From an uncultured Bdellovibrio sp. (GTDB taxonomy: Bacteria > Bdellovibrionota > Bdellovibrionia > Bdellovibrionales > Bdellovibrionaceae), in contig CAWVRN010000034.1 of the NCBI GenBank assembly GCA_963932905.1, forward strand, positions 1 through 41,218: a stretch of 41,218 nucleotides of DNA, given 5' to 3'. Shown one piece after another: positions 9,736 through 19,625 of this stretch (within the stretch, counting starts at the first letter, position 1; the number at the start of each line of letters is the position of its first letter). The position numbers and the translations under genes were made by a program. A model generated the notes under the pieces. It did no database searches. It was not told where the DNA came from and saw only the letters and a program-made list of their open reading frames with translations.

Positions 9736-10973
9736 TGATCTTTCTAGCCCTTAAACACATTTTATCTAGGAAAAAACAAAGTATTGTAACACTGCTTGGA
9801 ATTTTTATGGGAACAGTCGCGTATATTATTATTTCGACGTTCTTTCAAGCGTCACAAAATTCGATGATTGCATCCATGGTTTCTGGCGATCCCCATATTC
9901 GTATTCAAGCTCGCGAACGTGAAATCGATCCGCAAGAAATCAAAGACGTTTTGTTGCCAGAATTTGAAACAGTGATTTGGAAGCGAACGCCGTCAGGTAT
10001 CCGTGCGTCTGCTGCGATCGAAAATTCACGTGGCTGGCTTGATTTTCTAAACATCAACCCTAATGTCGTTGCGGCATCACGTGTGTATTCCACTACGGCA
10101 CTAGTGACCTATAACAAAACGACGTATTCAATCAGCATCACTGGGGTGGATCCGCAAGAACAAGTAAAGGTAACTAATATTGAAGAAAACATGGTTGAAG
10201 GCAGTTTGCTAGACTTAAATAAAGGCACGGCACGCATCGTAATCGGGCAAGAACTGGCAACGACGTTAGCAAAACAAATCGGCGATAATATAGTGCTAAC
10301 CTCAACGAAAGGATCCCAAGTTCCGTATAAAATCGTAGGCCTATTTTCAACAGGAAACAAATTTTCAGACCGAGGATCTGCCTACATGCAACTGTCCGAC
10401 GCACAGAAACTGGGTGGGGCGAATGGAAAAATTTCCCAGGTGTTTGTGAAGGTAGCAGATTTTCGTCAGGCAGCAGATATTGCTTCCAGCTGGCAGGTGA
10501 TTTCGGAAGACCGTGTACGCAGCTGGGATCAAATCAACGAAAACCTATTGTCTATGTTTCGGACTCAAGACGTCACTCGGTACACGATCACTGGTATCAT
10601 CATGTTGGTAGCTGGTTTTAGTATTTATAATATTTTAGGAATCGTAGTGACGCAAAAACGCAAAGACATCGCGATTCTCAGATCCATGGGATATGAAGCC
10701 AACGATATTACAACGCTGTTTTTGTACCAAGGGCTCATATTGGGACTGGTCGGCGGTTTGTTAGGTTGCGCGATTGGATATATCATTTCGATCAGCATTG
10801 GTGAAATTTCAATGGGTGGCCCGCGCAGTACCGTGTTTCGTTTAGAATTTAGCTGGAACATATATCTGATCGGAATTTTAATTTCCAATGTGGTAGCACT
10901 GCTTGCCAGTTATTTCCCAGCGCGATCCGCGTCTAAATTATCTCCAATTGAAATCATAAGGGGGGCTGATTGA
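9732..10973 (+). CDS. ABC transporter permease, FtsX/LolE-MacB type
   Basis: TM1, large periplasmic loop, 3 TMs, KRKDIAILRSMG, YFPARSASKLSPIEIIR. Confidence 0.93.
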   Translation: MMIFLALKHILSRKKQSIVTLLGIFMGTVAYIIISTFFQASQNSMIASMVSGDPHIRIQAREREIDPQEIKDVLLPEFETVIWKRTPSGIRASAAIENSRGWLDFLNINPNVVAASRVYSTTALVTYNKTTYSISITGVDPQEQVKVTNIEENMVEGSLLDLNKGTARIVIGQELATTLAKQIGDNIVLTSTKGSQVPYKIVGLFSTGNKFSDRGSAYMQLSDAQKLGGANGKISQVFVKVADFRQAADIASSWQVISEDRVRSWDQINENLLSMFRTQDVTRYTITGIIMLVAGFSIYNILGIVVTQKRKDIAILRSMGYEANDITTLFLYQGLILGLVGGLLGCAIGYIISISIGEISMGGPRSTVFRLEFSWNIYLIGILISNVVALLASYFPARSASKLSPIEIIRGAD

Positions 10974-11632
10974 TCGCTTTAAAAGTTGTTAATTTAGAAA
11001 AAGAGCTGGGTGCTCAGAAATCACTGATCCTTAAGGGATTAAATTTTGAAGTCAACGAAGGCGAATTTGTATCGTTAACAGGTAAATCGGGGTCGGGTAA
11101 AAGTACGTTGCTGTACATCTTGTCGACATTGGATTGGCCAACGCGCGGTCAGATATTTTTGGGAGACAAGGACGTCCAAGCGCTGTCATCCAACGATTTA
11201 CACAAGTTAAGAAATAGAAACATCGGCTTTGTCTTTCAATTCCATTATTTACTGCCTGAATTAACTGCACTAGAAAATGTCATGATGCCCGCACGTAAAG
11301 CCGGTGTTTACGAAGAAAAATTACCATTTGCGAAACAGCTTTTGGAAATGGTCGGTCTGGGGCAACGAATAAATTATTTACCTAAGGAGTTATCGGGTGG
11401 GCAGTCGCAACGTGTGTCGATTGCACGGTCGTTGATCATGAATCCAAAGTTCTTGTTTGCGGACGAACCGACAGGATCACTGGATTCAACTAATTCAAAA
11501 CTGGTGCTGGATATTTTTAAAGAAGCGAATAAGAAATACAATACCACCATCGTTATGGTGACTCATGATACGGATATGGCCTCGGCGACGGATAGGCAGA
11601 TTCATCTGGTTGATGGCAGGGTACTAGTCTAA
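10970..11632 (+). CDS. ABC transporter ATP-binding protein, LolD/MacB type
   Basis: Walker A GKSGSGKST, signature LSGGQ, FADEPTG, VTHD. Confidence 0.95.
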   Translation: MIALKVVNLEKELGAQKSLILKGLNFEVNEGEFVSLTGKSGSGKSTLLYILSTLDWPTRGQIFLGDKDVQALSSNDLHKLRNRNIGFVFQFHYLLPELTALENVMMPARKAGVYEEKLPFAKQLLEMVGLGQRINYLPKELSGGQSQRVSIARSLIMNPKFLFADEPTGSLDSTNSKLVLDIFKEANKKYNTTIVMVTHDTDMASATDRQIHLVDGRVLV

Positions 11633-14600
11633 GAAGACTGTTCCAACATCCAGCTGTATATGTAGTGAGTTGTTTTTTGAACCTCAGGGACTAGAAATTC
11701 TGTTTTCAAAGACGCATCCAGGTAGTTTTCATTTTTAATATCTTCTGTAATCTGATCACAGAGACGGGCAATCGCAGAACCACCAAAAGTTGAAGCGGCC
11801 GATTTTAATGTATGAGTCGCATTCTTAGCTTCACTTTGACTTCTATTGGTGATTGCGGTTTTTATAGCTTGAATCCGTGTCGGTAAGTTTTTTTCAAATA
11901 TTGACACTGTGTCTTTGATAAGATCGTCAGAATTGTTGCTGGTTAATGTTTTTAAATCATTTAGAATTCTTTCGTCAACGAGGATGCTTGTTATAGAAAC
12001 GTCTGATGTTGCAGTCGTTGAATATACTTGAGAATTTCCAGGTCTAAGCCATTTTGTCAAAACGTCGTTTAGAATTCCTTTGGTGAAAGGTTTACTAATA
12101 TAGTCTGACATACCCGCATCCAGGCAATGTTTGCGATCTTCTTTGCTAGCATGTGCTGTGATTGCAATTACGGGAATTTTATTTACTTCGGTAGTAAGAT
12201 TTCTAATTTTTCTAACGGCCCCTAAACCATCTAGTTTAGGCATTTGACAATCCATTAACACTAAATCGAACGGCTGACTTTGGACGATGGCTAGGGCCTC
12301 TTCGCCGTTTGAGGCGAAGACATAGGAACAGCCAAAATCGGCAAGCATTGTTCCTAAAACTTTTCTATTTGTATCGATATCTTCAGCGACTAAAATCTTG
12401 GGATTTTTTTCGAATCTATAAAAAGTGTTGGTGTGCATATCAAAGTTTTGGTCTTTGACAAATTCGTGAGGTAAATCCAACGTAAAGTGAAATTTAGACC
12501 CGCGACCTAAAGCGCTTTCAATTAGAATTTTAGATTCCATTAATTCAGCCAAAGTTTGGCTGATGGATAATCCCAAACCCGTTCCGCCTGATGACCGCGA
12601 CAATGTGCTGTCCGATTGGTAGAACGGTTTGAATAACAGTGCCTGGTCATTGGCCGAAATTCCTATGCCGGTATCAATGACCTCGAAATAAATTTTCGAT
12701 ATTGTTGTACTCGTTGTAGTTACCGAAACATTCACATCAATTTTTCCTCGTTCGGTAAATTTGATGGCATTTGAAATCAAGTTAGTCAGAATTTGTTGAA
12801 TACGATTTCGATCGCCATAGAAATTCAGGCGATCGGCGCCTTTCACAGAAAACGAGATACCTAGTTCCTTTTTAAAAGCCGCCCATCTCAATTGTTTTTC
12901 AACTTCAACCAGTAATACCTTTAAAGAAAAGTAGCTAGGAACTAGTTCCATTCGTCCAGACTCGATTTTGCTAAAATCAAGAATATCGTTCACTAAATAA
13001 AAGAGAGTGTTTGCGGATTGCTTGATGGTGTCTACGATATCATATTGCTCTGAATTCAACTTCGTTGCCATCAAAACTTCGGACAAACCAATGACGCCAT
13101 TCAGAGGGGTACGGATTTCATGGCTCATTGTTGCCACAAAATTAGATTTTAAACGTGAACTTTCCTCGGCAGCACGTTTACGGATTTCAAGCTCTCTTGC
13201 AATTTTCACATCAGAGATATTTCTCCATACGGATCTGCTGTTTAGGATCTCGCCATTTTTTCCGCGAACTAAAGTGGAACTTAGGCTGACGTCAATTCTG
13301 TTTTTATTTTTTGTAAGGACCGCAAGCTCAATGTTGTTGATCGATCCGGTTTTAATAAAATCCTTTGAAAGCTGAGGGATAATTGCGATACTTTCTGGAG
13401 TGTAAAATTTTGAGATATGATGACCGACAACTTCGTCCATTTCATAACCCAGATTGTTTAACAGCGTGCGGTTGCATTTAAGAACGATACCGGTATTGGG
13501 GTTAACAGATAGCAACATATCAGGAGCTTCGTTGTACAAATCTGTGTACATTTTTTTTGTTTCAATAAGGTCATTTAACGTAGCACTAATTTCACTGATA
13601 TCGTGAAGAGTACCATGGACTTCTTTTTTCCCGGTGACTTTGTTTAAGCGAAGCTCGGCGCGACCATGCACTGTTTTTTCCGTTCCATTTTTTTGTTTGA
13701 AGGAATGCTTAATATCGACGGGCGTCCCTTTTTCAATACAGTTTTGCATTTGCATTTGAATATTCTTTAGGTCATTTTCTGCAAAATAGGATTCAATAGT
13801 GGATAGAGTGATGGGTGTGCCGGCCGGAATTCCATAGATATTGTACATTTCTAATGACCAATTTGGATTGTTGGAGCCGACTTCTAGAGTCCAGCTGCCG
13901 ACATGAGCCAGTTTTTGAGCTTCCATTAGATCAAATTCTTTTTGTTTTAAAACATCAATGGCTATTTCTCGTTCGCGATCATTTTTATTTAAATAACGAG
14001 TCGTAGCAAACAGCGCAAACCCAAAAATAATGAATGAACTAATGACAATAATGTTGAATGCGTAGTGAAAATCATAAAAACCATGCTGGCTACCCAAGCT
14101 GGCGATTATGGCCGTAATGGCTAGTAACGGAAATGCGAATAATGTTGAATTTCTTAAGTGTCTGCTGCCGATGTTTTCGGCAAATACTACCGTCATTAGT
14201 CCGTCGGTAGGCCTTTGCATCAAAAGCGAAATTGAAAATAAAAGTATACTAATTGCAACGGGCAAGGACGTGTCACTAAAAAAAAGTTTTGATTGTAGAA
14301 GTTGAGAACCTAAAATAAAAGCAAAAATTGTGCTAATTGTAATAAGAATCGTACCAACACTGAATAGCTGAGATATTATCAAAAACTTTACCTCTTTAGA
14401 TTTTCGAAAAAAAAGAGCCTGCGTGCTGCTTAAAAAACATATTAATGACTCTAGCGAAATTTGCAATTTTTCGTTTTCTGGTGAGCCGTTTATGAATGTG
14501 TTTATAAAGATCCACAAAAGGTAGACAGATAGAAAGACTAAACTTGAATAGGCGAAGGAGGCCAATTTACCAAGGCTTGTGGATTCAGGTTCTGTGCATA

Positions 14601-14790
14601 GGGCAGCAAAAGACAATATAAATATTATAGCTGATTCGGCATTGCTTGTGTAAATTCCAGGAATTTGAATATTTATGAAATTTAAAAACAGATTGATTAG
14701 CGATAGAACGGCTAGAAGATAAAGTGCATTTTTGGAAACCGCTTTTGTTTTTTGAATCAAATTTTGGTCAAAGGTAAATGGGATGTTCAT
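11629..14790 (-). CDS. Membrane-bound hybrid histidine kinase (multi-TM, 2 PAS, HisKA, HATPase, REC, Hpt)
   Basis: MSHEIRTPLNG, NLISNAIKFT, GTGLGL, LMDCQMP, Hpt HTLKSAA; ORF open to 14883, ATG 14790 preferred. Confidence 0.93.
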   Translation of the reverse strand: MNIPFTFDQNLIQKTKAVSKNALYLLAVLSLINLFLNFINIQIPGIYTSNAESAIIFILSFAALCTEPESTSLGKLASFAYSSLVFLSVYLLWIFINTFINGSPENEKLQISLESLICFLSSTQALFFRKSKEVKFLIISQLFSVGTILITISTIFAFILGSQLLQSKLFFSDTSLPVAISILLFSISLLMQRPTDGLMTVVFAENIGSRHLRNSTLFAFPLLAITAIIASLGSQHGFYDFHYAFNIIVISSFIIFGFALFATTRYLNKNDREREIAIDVLKQKEFDLMEAQKLAHVGSWTLEVGSNNPNWSLEMYNIYGIPAGTPITLSTIESYFAENDLKNIQMQMQNCIEKGTPVDIKHSFKQKNGTEKTVHGRAELRLNKVTGKKEVHGTLHDISEISATLNDLIETKKMYTDLYNEAPDMLLSVNPNTGIVLKCNRTLLNNLGYEMDEVVGHHISKFYTPESIAIIPQLSKDFIKTGSINNIELAVLTKNKNRIDVSLSSTLVRGKNGEILNSRSVWRNISDVKIARELEIRKRAAEESSRLKSNFVATMSHEIRTPLNGVIGLSEVLMATKLNSEQYDIVDTIKQSANTLFYLVNDILDFSKIESGRMELVPSYFSLKVLLVEVEKQLRWAAFKKELGISFSVKGADRLNFYGDRNRIQQILTNLISNAIKFTERGKIDVNVSVTTTSTTISKIYFEVIDTGIGISANDQALLFKPFYQSDSTLSRSSGGTGLGLSISQTLAELMESKILIESALGRGSKFHFTLDLPHEFVKDQNFDMHTNTFYRFEKNPKILVAEDIDTNRKVLGTMLADFGCSYVFASNGEEALAIVQSQPFDLVLMDCQMPKLDGLGAVRKIRNLTTEVNKIPVIAITAHASKEDRKHCLDAGMSDYISKPFTKGILNDVLTKWLRPGNSQVYSTTATSDVSITSILVDERILNDLKTLTSNNSDDLIKDTVSIFEKNLPTRIQAIKTAITNRSQSEAKNATHTLKSAASTFGGSAIARLCDQITEDIKNENYLDASLKTEFLVPEVQKTTHYIYSWMLEQSS

Positions 14791-14938
14791 AGGTAAAGTG
14801 TATAATATTTCCTGATTTTTAAAAATTAGGATAATGGTGCCGGGCCTAAGGCTAGACAGGGTGTCTAGTTTATCTAAGTCCACTTTTCAGGATTGGGGAA
14901 TAAGGTATCCTTAAAGTTATCAAGGTGAGGACAAGTAG

Positions 14939-15652
14939 ATGTATAAAGTGTTGCTGGTAGAAGATTCGGAAGAATCAAGATTGGTAGTTTCAAAAGCATT
15001 AGCCAATTCAGACATCGCACTTGTTATTGCCGACTCAAAACAAAATCTAAATCTACTTCTTGAAAATCAAGATGCTAATTTTGATTTGGTTATTGTTGAT
15101 ATCGTTCTGCCGGATGGTACAGGTTTCGAAGTATTTGAAATTTTACAGACACATGGTTTGAAGAAAGAGACTCCGGTGTTTTTTTTGACTAGTTCCTCGG
15201 AACTCGAATCAAAATTGTTAGCTTTCAATTTAGGAGCTGACGATTATTTAGTAAAGCCAATTAGTCCTGTAGAATTACGAGCGCGAGTAGAAACTAAACT
15301 TCGAAAATCCAAGCAAATCACAGCCGACGTCATTACAAAAGGCGATTTGCGGGTTGAACTATCGCTACTTAAAGCCTACCAGGTTAAAGAAAGTCGAAAA
15401 ATCGAAATGCCGTTAACCGCAACGGAATTTAAAATTTTAGCATTTTTAATGCAAAATGAAAATTCAACATTTTCGCAAGAAGAACTGATTCGCGCCGTTT
15501 GGGGAAAGGACGTGCATATTCTTGCTAAAACAGTAGTTTCCCATGTCTATGGATTAAGGAAAAAACTGGGTGCTGAATCTGTCTATATCGAAAATATCCC
15601 ACACGTAGGGTATCGATTCAAAATTCCTAGTACAAAGATTGAAACCGCGTAG
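14939..15652 (+). CDS. OmpR/PhoB family response regulator
   Basis: LLVED, DIVLPD, GADDYLVKP; winged helix LTATEF...LRKKL..GYRF. Confidence 0.95.
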   Translation: MYKVLLVEDSEESRLVVSKALANSDIALVIADSKQNLNLLLENQDANFDLVIVDIVLPDGTGFEVFEILQTHGLKKETPVFFLTSSSELESKLLAFNLGADDYLVKPISPVELRARVETKLRKSKQITADVITKGDLRVELSLLKAYQVKESRKIEMPLTATEFKILAFLMQNENSTFSQEELIRAVWGKDVHILAKTVVSHVYGLRKKLGAESVYIENIPHVGYRFKIPSTKIETA

Positions 15653-15705
15653 AATGTATCTATGCGATTTCAATCTTTGTCTTGCTTAAGAATTCCTATG
15701 CCAAA

Positions 15706-17796
15706 CTACACGTCCTTGAATCCTGGATCGTCAGATGAAGGGACATCATCACCTGAAGCTTTACCTATTCGTTCAATTGATTCAAGCTTCGTTGATTTCA
15801 CTTTGGCTAGATCAATAAGGTTGTTTGGGGATTTCCTTGACTCGTTCATAGCCCCCGTAGAATAAGAATGGCCTGTTTTTCCGACTACTACTTGTAAAAG
15901 CTCGGATACAATTTGATTCATTTGATCAGCCTGATCAGAAAGCGAGTTGGCGTTTCCAGATACTTTCTGTGTGGTCGTTGCATTCGCATGGGTGGTTTGA
16001 TCAAGTTCATGCATAGCTCTTGTAATTTCGCTAACGCCTTGAGACTGCTCTTGGCTAGCGACACCAATTTCTGCGACCATGATTGCTAGGTCATTGACGT
16101 TAACGACGACATCATTCAGAATTTTGCTGCATTGATCAGCGATCGTAATACCTGTGCGTAGTTTTTGACGACCCTCCGAAATAAGTCCTTCCACTTTACG
16201 CTTACTTTCCGAAACTGTGTTTTCAACGTTTTTAATACTCTCTGTTAACATTTCTGAAATTTCTTTTGCCGCATTTCCGCTCATTTGAGCCAAATTTCCC
16301 ACTTCTTCGGCGACAACAGCAAACCCTTTACCGTGTTCGCCAGCACGGGCGGCTTCAACCGAAGCGTTAAACGACAGGAGTTTGGTTTGAAATACGATAT
16401 CGTTAATAACTTTTGTTTTTTCGCCGATTTCGGCTATGACACGGGCGATATCGGTGATTTGATTGTTACTGGCATCGATTTGTTTTAATACCGCTTCGTT
16501 GCTGACATTAATTTCGTTGATAGCGTGAGACATTTCTTCAACTGATTCCTGTCCTCGTTTAGCTATTTCGGAAGAATTTTCCGCCACTTGTCGTGAGCGA
16601 GTTGAGTTTTCGCTGCTCTTCTTGATCATCGCGTTTATTTCTTCAATCGAAGCCGCGGTTTCTTGTAAAGCCGATGCTTGCTCGGTAGTAGATTCTGACA
16701 GACTATGTGCTGATGTAGTTACTTCAGATGCATTTGCAGACACTTTGCCTGATTCAATTTCTAGCCTTGAAATAATTTTTTCAAGGCTACCGCTTGTACC
16801 TTGAGCAACAAAAACTGTAAAACCAGCAATCACAACTAGCGCCAATAATCCGGTGATGGACAACATGATACTTTCACGGATAAACTTGTCACTCTTAGGA
16901 ACTTGTAATGTAACCGTCCAGCCTTTGCCCGGATAGCTAGAAAAACCTAGTTCACGAGAATAAGCTTTGATGGCGACATCATTTATTCTTTCTCGTTCAT
17001 CAACCATTTCAGAGGCCCTATTTGATTTTCCAGAAAGAAAATTCTCGGCACTTGAATCTTTGCCGTTCAATATTTTGTTTGTATCAATGTGATGTAAGAA
17101 GTCACCTTTAGAGTTTAACAAGTTTGGTACTATGGTGCTAAAACGTTCACTCACTAATTTTCCACTTTCATTAACAATTAGATCTTTTACGACGTCGTTC
17201 CAGCTCATTTGGTTACTCCAAACTCCTAGAATTTCACCGGTAGCGGCATCTCGGATGGGGGCGGCAAAAGTCATAATTTTCCCATCTGATTTAACTGCAT
17301 TGCCTATATCAGTATCTGTATAAAGGTCTGTGTAGTATGCTTGGCCAGGCTGTATTTTATTTTCGACACAGTTTTTAAACCAGTCTTTATCCGAGAAGTT
17401 TTTTCCTTTTACGGCGGAGGTATCTAAAGGATTGCCTTTTTTATCTACTTTGTTGATCGCTACGACGTTCCCTTTTTTATCTAAAACAAGCATCACATCA
17501 TAAATAGGTGCGTAGGCGGCCATCATATCGTTCATAAATTTAGTGATTCTGTCAGGATCGCCGCTGCGAGCCGGTTCTGACAGCGCGAATGCTTGAACGT
17601 CGCCAAAACGTTCAAATAGATTGCGATCAATTTTGTCGGCAATTCCGTCCGCAGCTTCACCCAGCAGTTGGGCCTTCATCGAAATACTATCGTTATATAA
17701 TTTATAGGTTAGGAATCCGCTCGTCAGAACAGATACTAAACTGAGTGCGCCTATTGCTATTTGCAACTTCTTTTTAAATGACCAATTACCAAACAT
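15706..17796 (-). CDS. Methyl-accepting chemotaxis protein with Cache-type sensor domain
   Basis: Two TMs, tip [37 protein letters not shown] before ATG 17796. Confidence 0.95.
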   Translation of the reverse strand: MFGNWSFKKKLQIAIGALSLVSVLTSGFLTYKLYNDSISMKAQLLGEAADGIADKIDRNLFERFGDVQAFALSEPARSGDPDRITKFMNDMMAAYAPIYDVMLVLDKKGNVVAINKVDKKGNPLDTSAVKGKNFSDKDWFKNCVENKIQPGQAYYTDLYTDTDIGNAVKSDGKIMTFAAPIRDAATGEILGVWSNQMSWNDVVKDLIVNESGKLVSERFSTIVPNLLNSKGDFLHHIDTNKILNGKDSSAENFLSGKSNRASEMVDERERINDVAIKAYSRELGFSSYPGKGWTVTLQVPKSDKFIRESIMLSITGLLALVVIAGFTVFVAQGTSGSLEKIISRLEIESGKVSANASEVTTSAHSLSESTTEQASALQETAASIEEINAMIKKSSENSTRSRQVAENSSEIAKRGQESVEEMSHAINEINVSNEAVLKQIDASNNQITDIARVIAEIGEKTKVINDIVFQTKLLSFNASVEAARAGEHGKGFAVVAEEVGNLAQMSGNAAKEISEMLTESIKNVENTVSESKRKVEGLISEGRQKLRTGITIADQCSKILNDVVVNVNDLAIMVAEIGVASQEQSQGVSEITRAMHELDQTTHANATTTQKVSGNANSLSDQADQMNQIVSELLQVVVGKTGHSYSTGAMNESRKSPNNLIDLAKVKSTKLESIERIGKASGDDVPSSDDPGFKDV

Positions 17797-17869
17797 ACCT
17801 ACCTCCAAGTGGTCCAACTAATATCCCATACCGTTTAGGTCGGGTGGTGTTTACATTTCTGCAAACGGA

Positions 17870-17897
17870 CTATCGGACGTTCGTTAAAATAACTTGA
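17870..17897 (-). promoter_or_regulatory. Sigma28-like promoter of the MCP gene
   Basis: Minus strand TCAAG-N15-TCCGATAG. Confidence 0.65.
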
Positions 17898-17920
17898 TAT
17901 CTAAATTAAAAATCTGGACT

Positions 17921-17947
17921 TATACTTTTTTATTAATCAACCGACAA
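17921..17947 (+). promoter_or_regulatory. Sigma28-like promoter of the porin gene
   Basis: TATA-N15-ACCGACAA. Confidence 0.55.
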
Positions 17948-17982
17948 GGAAGGAGAGCAATTTCTGGAAAAAGGAGAATTCC

Positions 17983-19491
17983 GTGAGAGTATCACTTTGC
18001 TACATGTTATTGGTTGGTTCTATTCTGTCTTCGGGTTCAGCATCGGCGTTAGAGGCCTGCGGATCAGTGGCCTCCTTAGAAGGGGCGACTTGCGAGCAAT
18101 TCAAAGTTCAATTTGATTTAAGTAAATGTGAAAAGGATATCGGAACGGTGGTTGCTGTTCCTTCTTGTGAGGGCGACAAGGTTGTGGCCACATATAAAAC
18201 TAAAACCGCCAATTACCGAGCGATTTTTGAACCAAAACAGTTAGGTTGGGGAAAAGTCAGCTATGAGCTTCAAGGAAAAATTTGGAAGCATATAAAGAAA
18301 AATAAAATCGTAGTTAAAGATATCGTCAAGAAAGATCCCGTTCCTTTGCCAGCTCCAGTTAAGCCGGTGGAGCCTGCAGTGCGGGAAGTAGCGTCTGTGT
18401 TTGCACCACCACCGCCACCAGCTCCTAGTAAAATAAAAGAGGAAGAACTAACGAATATCGCCAATCTTTTTTCGGGAGTCAGTATTAAAGGTTCGGTGGA
18501 CGCCTACTATGCGGTAAATTCAAATAACCCGGCTCCATTGACAGGTACGCCGACGGCTTCGGCTCCTCAGGTACAAAATAAGTATCACGTGTTTGATACT
18601 TATCACGATGATCTGCAATTAAGTTTTGCGCGTTTGCAAATTCAAAAACGTTCTGACGATGTAACAACAACTCTTGATTTTGGTTACGGCCCAACCATGC
18701 AGATTGTTTCAGGAACTAAAACGGACGCGGCTCAATTTAATTTAAAACAGGCGATCATCGGTTATAAACCAAGTGATAAGGTTAATATCGAGATTGGCCG
18801 GTTTGTTACCTTTTTAGGATTCGAGTTAATCGAAACTCAAGATAATTGGAACTATTCGCGCGGATTATTGTTTGGGTATTTTGTTCCATTTTGGCATCAA
18901 GGAGCCAAAGTTACATATTCCATAAATGATACTGTTTCCGTAATGGGAGTTGTAGCGAATGGATGGAATAATTCCTATGAAGATAACAGAAACAGATCTT
19001 ACGGAGCCCAAATTGCTTGGGTACCGTCAGCAAATGGATCTTTATATGTAAGTGCTTTGTCGGGCCCTGATGCAACTCCGACTAACGTTAATCCCGATGC
19101 AACAATAGAGGTTAGGACGGTGGTTGATGTAGTTGGTACGTATAAACCTAATGACAATTTGTCTCTGGGATTCAACTTTGACTATTTATCCCACAAAAAA
19201 AATGCGACAGGCGTAGCCGGATATTTACGATATCAAATTGATCCAAAGTGGGCCGTGTCGCCACGAATTGAAGTTGTAGAAGACAAAGATAACTTAGCGA
19301 TGGGTGAATCCTTAGACGGCGGTCAGAAACTGTCTTCATACACACTAACTTTAGAGCGAAAATTAAATCCCAATTTGATTCTTCGATTAGAAGGTCGTTA
19401 TGATACTAGTAATAACAAAGTATTTACAAGCAATAACGAACCTAAATCCAGTCAGACGGTTGGCATTTTAGGTATCACTGCCAGTTTTTAA
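17983..19491 (+). CDS. Outer membrane beta-barrel porin (BBP2/OmpL-like) with N-terminal Cys domain and Pro-rich linker
   Basis: Signal peptide; GSVDAYY, GRFVTFLGFE...NWNYSR, NGWNN, LRLEGRYD; C-terminal Phe. Confidence 0.85.
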   Translation: MRVSLCYMLLVGSILSSGSASALEACGSVASLEGATCEQFKVQFDLSKCEKDIGTVVAVPSCEGDKVVATYKTKTANYRAIFEPKQLGWGKVSYELQGKIWKHIKKNKIVVKDIVKKDPVPLPAPVKPVEPAVREVASVFAPPPPPAPSKIKEEELTNIANLFSGVSIKGSVDAYYAVNSNNPAPLTGTPTASAPQVQNKYHVFDTYHDDLQLSFARLQIQKRSDDVTTTLDFGYGPTMQIVSGTKTDAAQFNLKQAIIGYKPSDKVNIEIGRFVTFLGFELIETQDNWNYSRGLLFGYFVPFWHQGAKVTYSINDTVSVMGVVANGWNNSYEDNRNRSYGAQIAWVPSANGSLYVSALSGPDATPTNVNPDATIEVRTVVDVVGTYKPNDNLSLGFNFDYLSHKKNATGVAGYLRYQIDPKWAVSPRIEVVEDKDNLAMGESLDGGQKLSSYTLTLERKLNPNLILRLEGRYDTSNNKVFTSNNEPKSSQTVGILGITASF

Positions 19492-19576
19492 TGAAGCTGT
19501 ATAAGGAACCTGGTGATGAAGATTTCTGGGTTTTGTAAGCTATTAGAAACTATGGGAAAAGGCAGAAAGGCAAGCT

Positions 19577-19603
19577 TTAGTTAAATAGGCAATTGACCGA
19601 GAA
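19577..19603 (+). promoter_or_regulatory. Possible sigma28-like promoter of the kinase-cheA operon
   Basis: TTAG-N15-ACCGAGAA, weaker match. Confidence 0.4.
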
Positions 19604-19625
19604 GTAGAAGGCAGAGGTTGTACGT

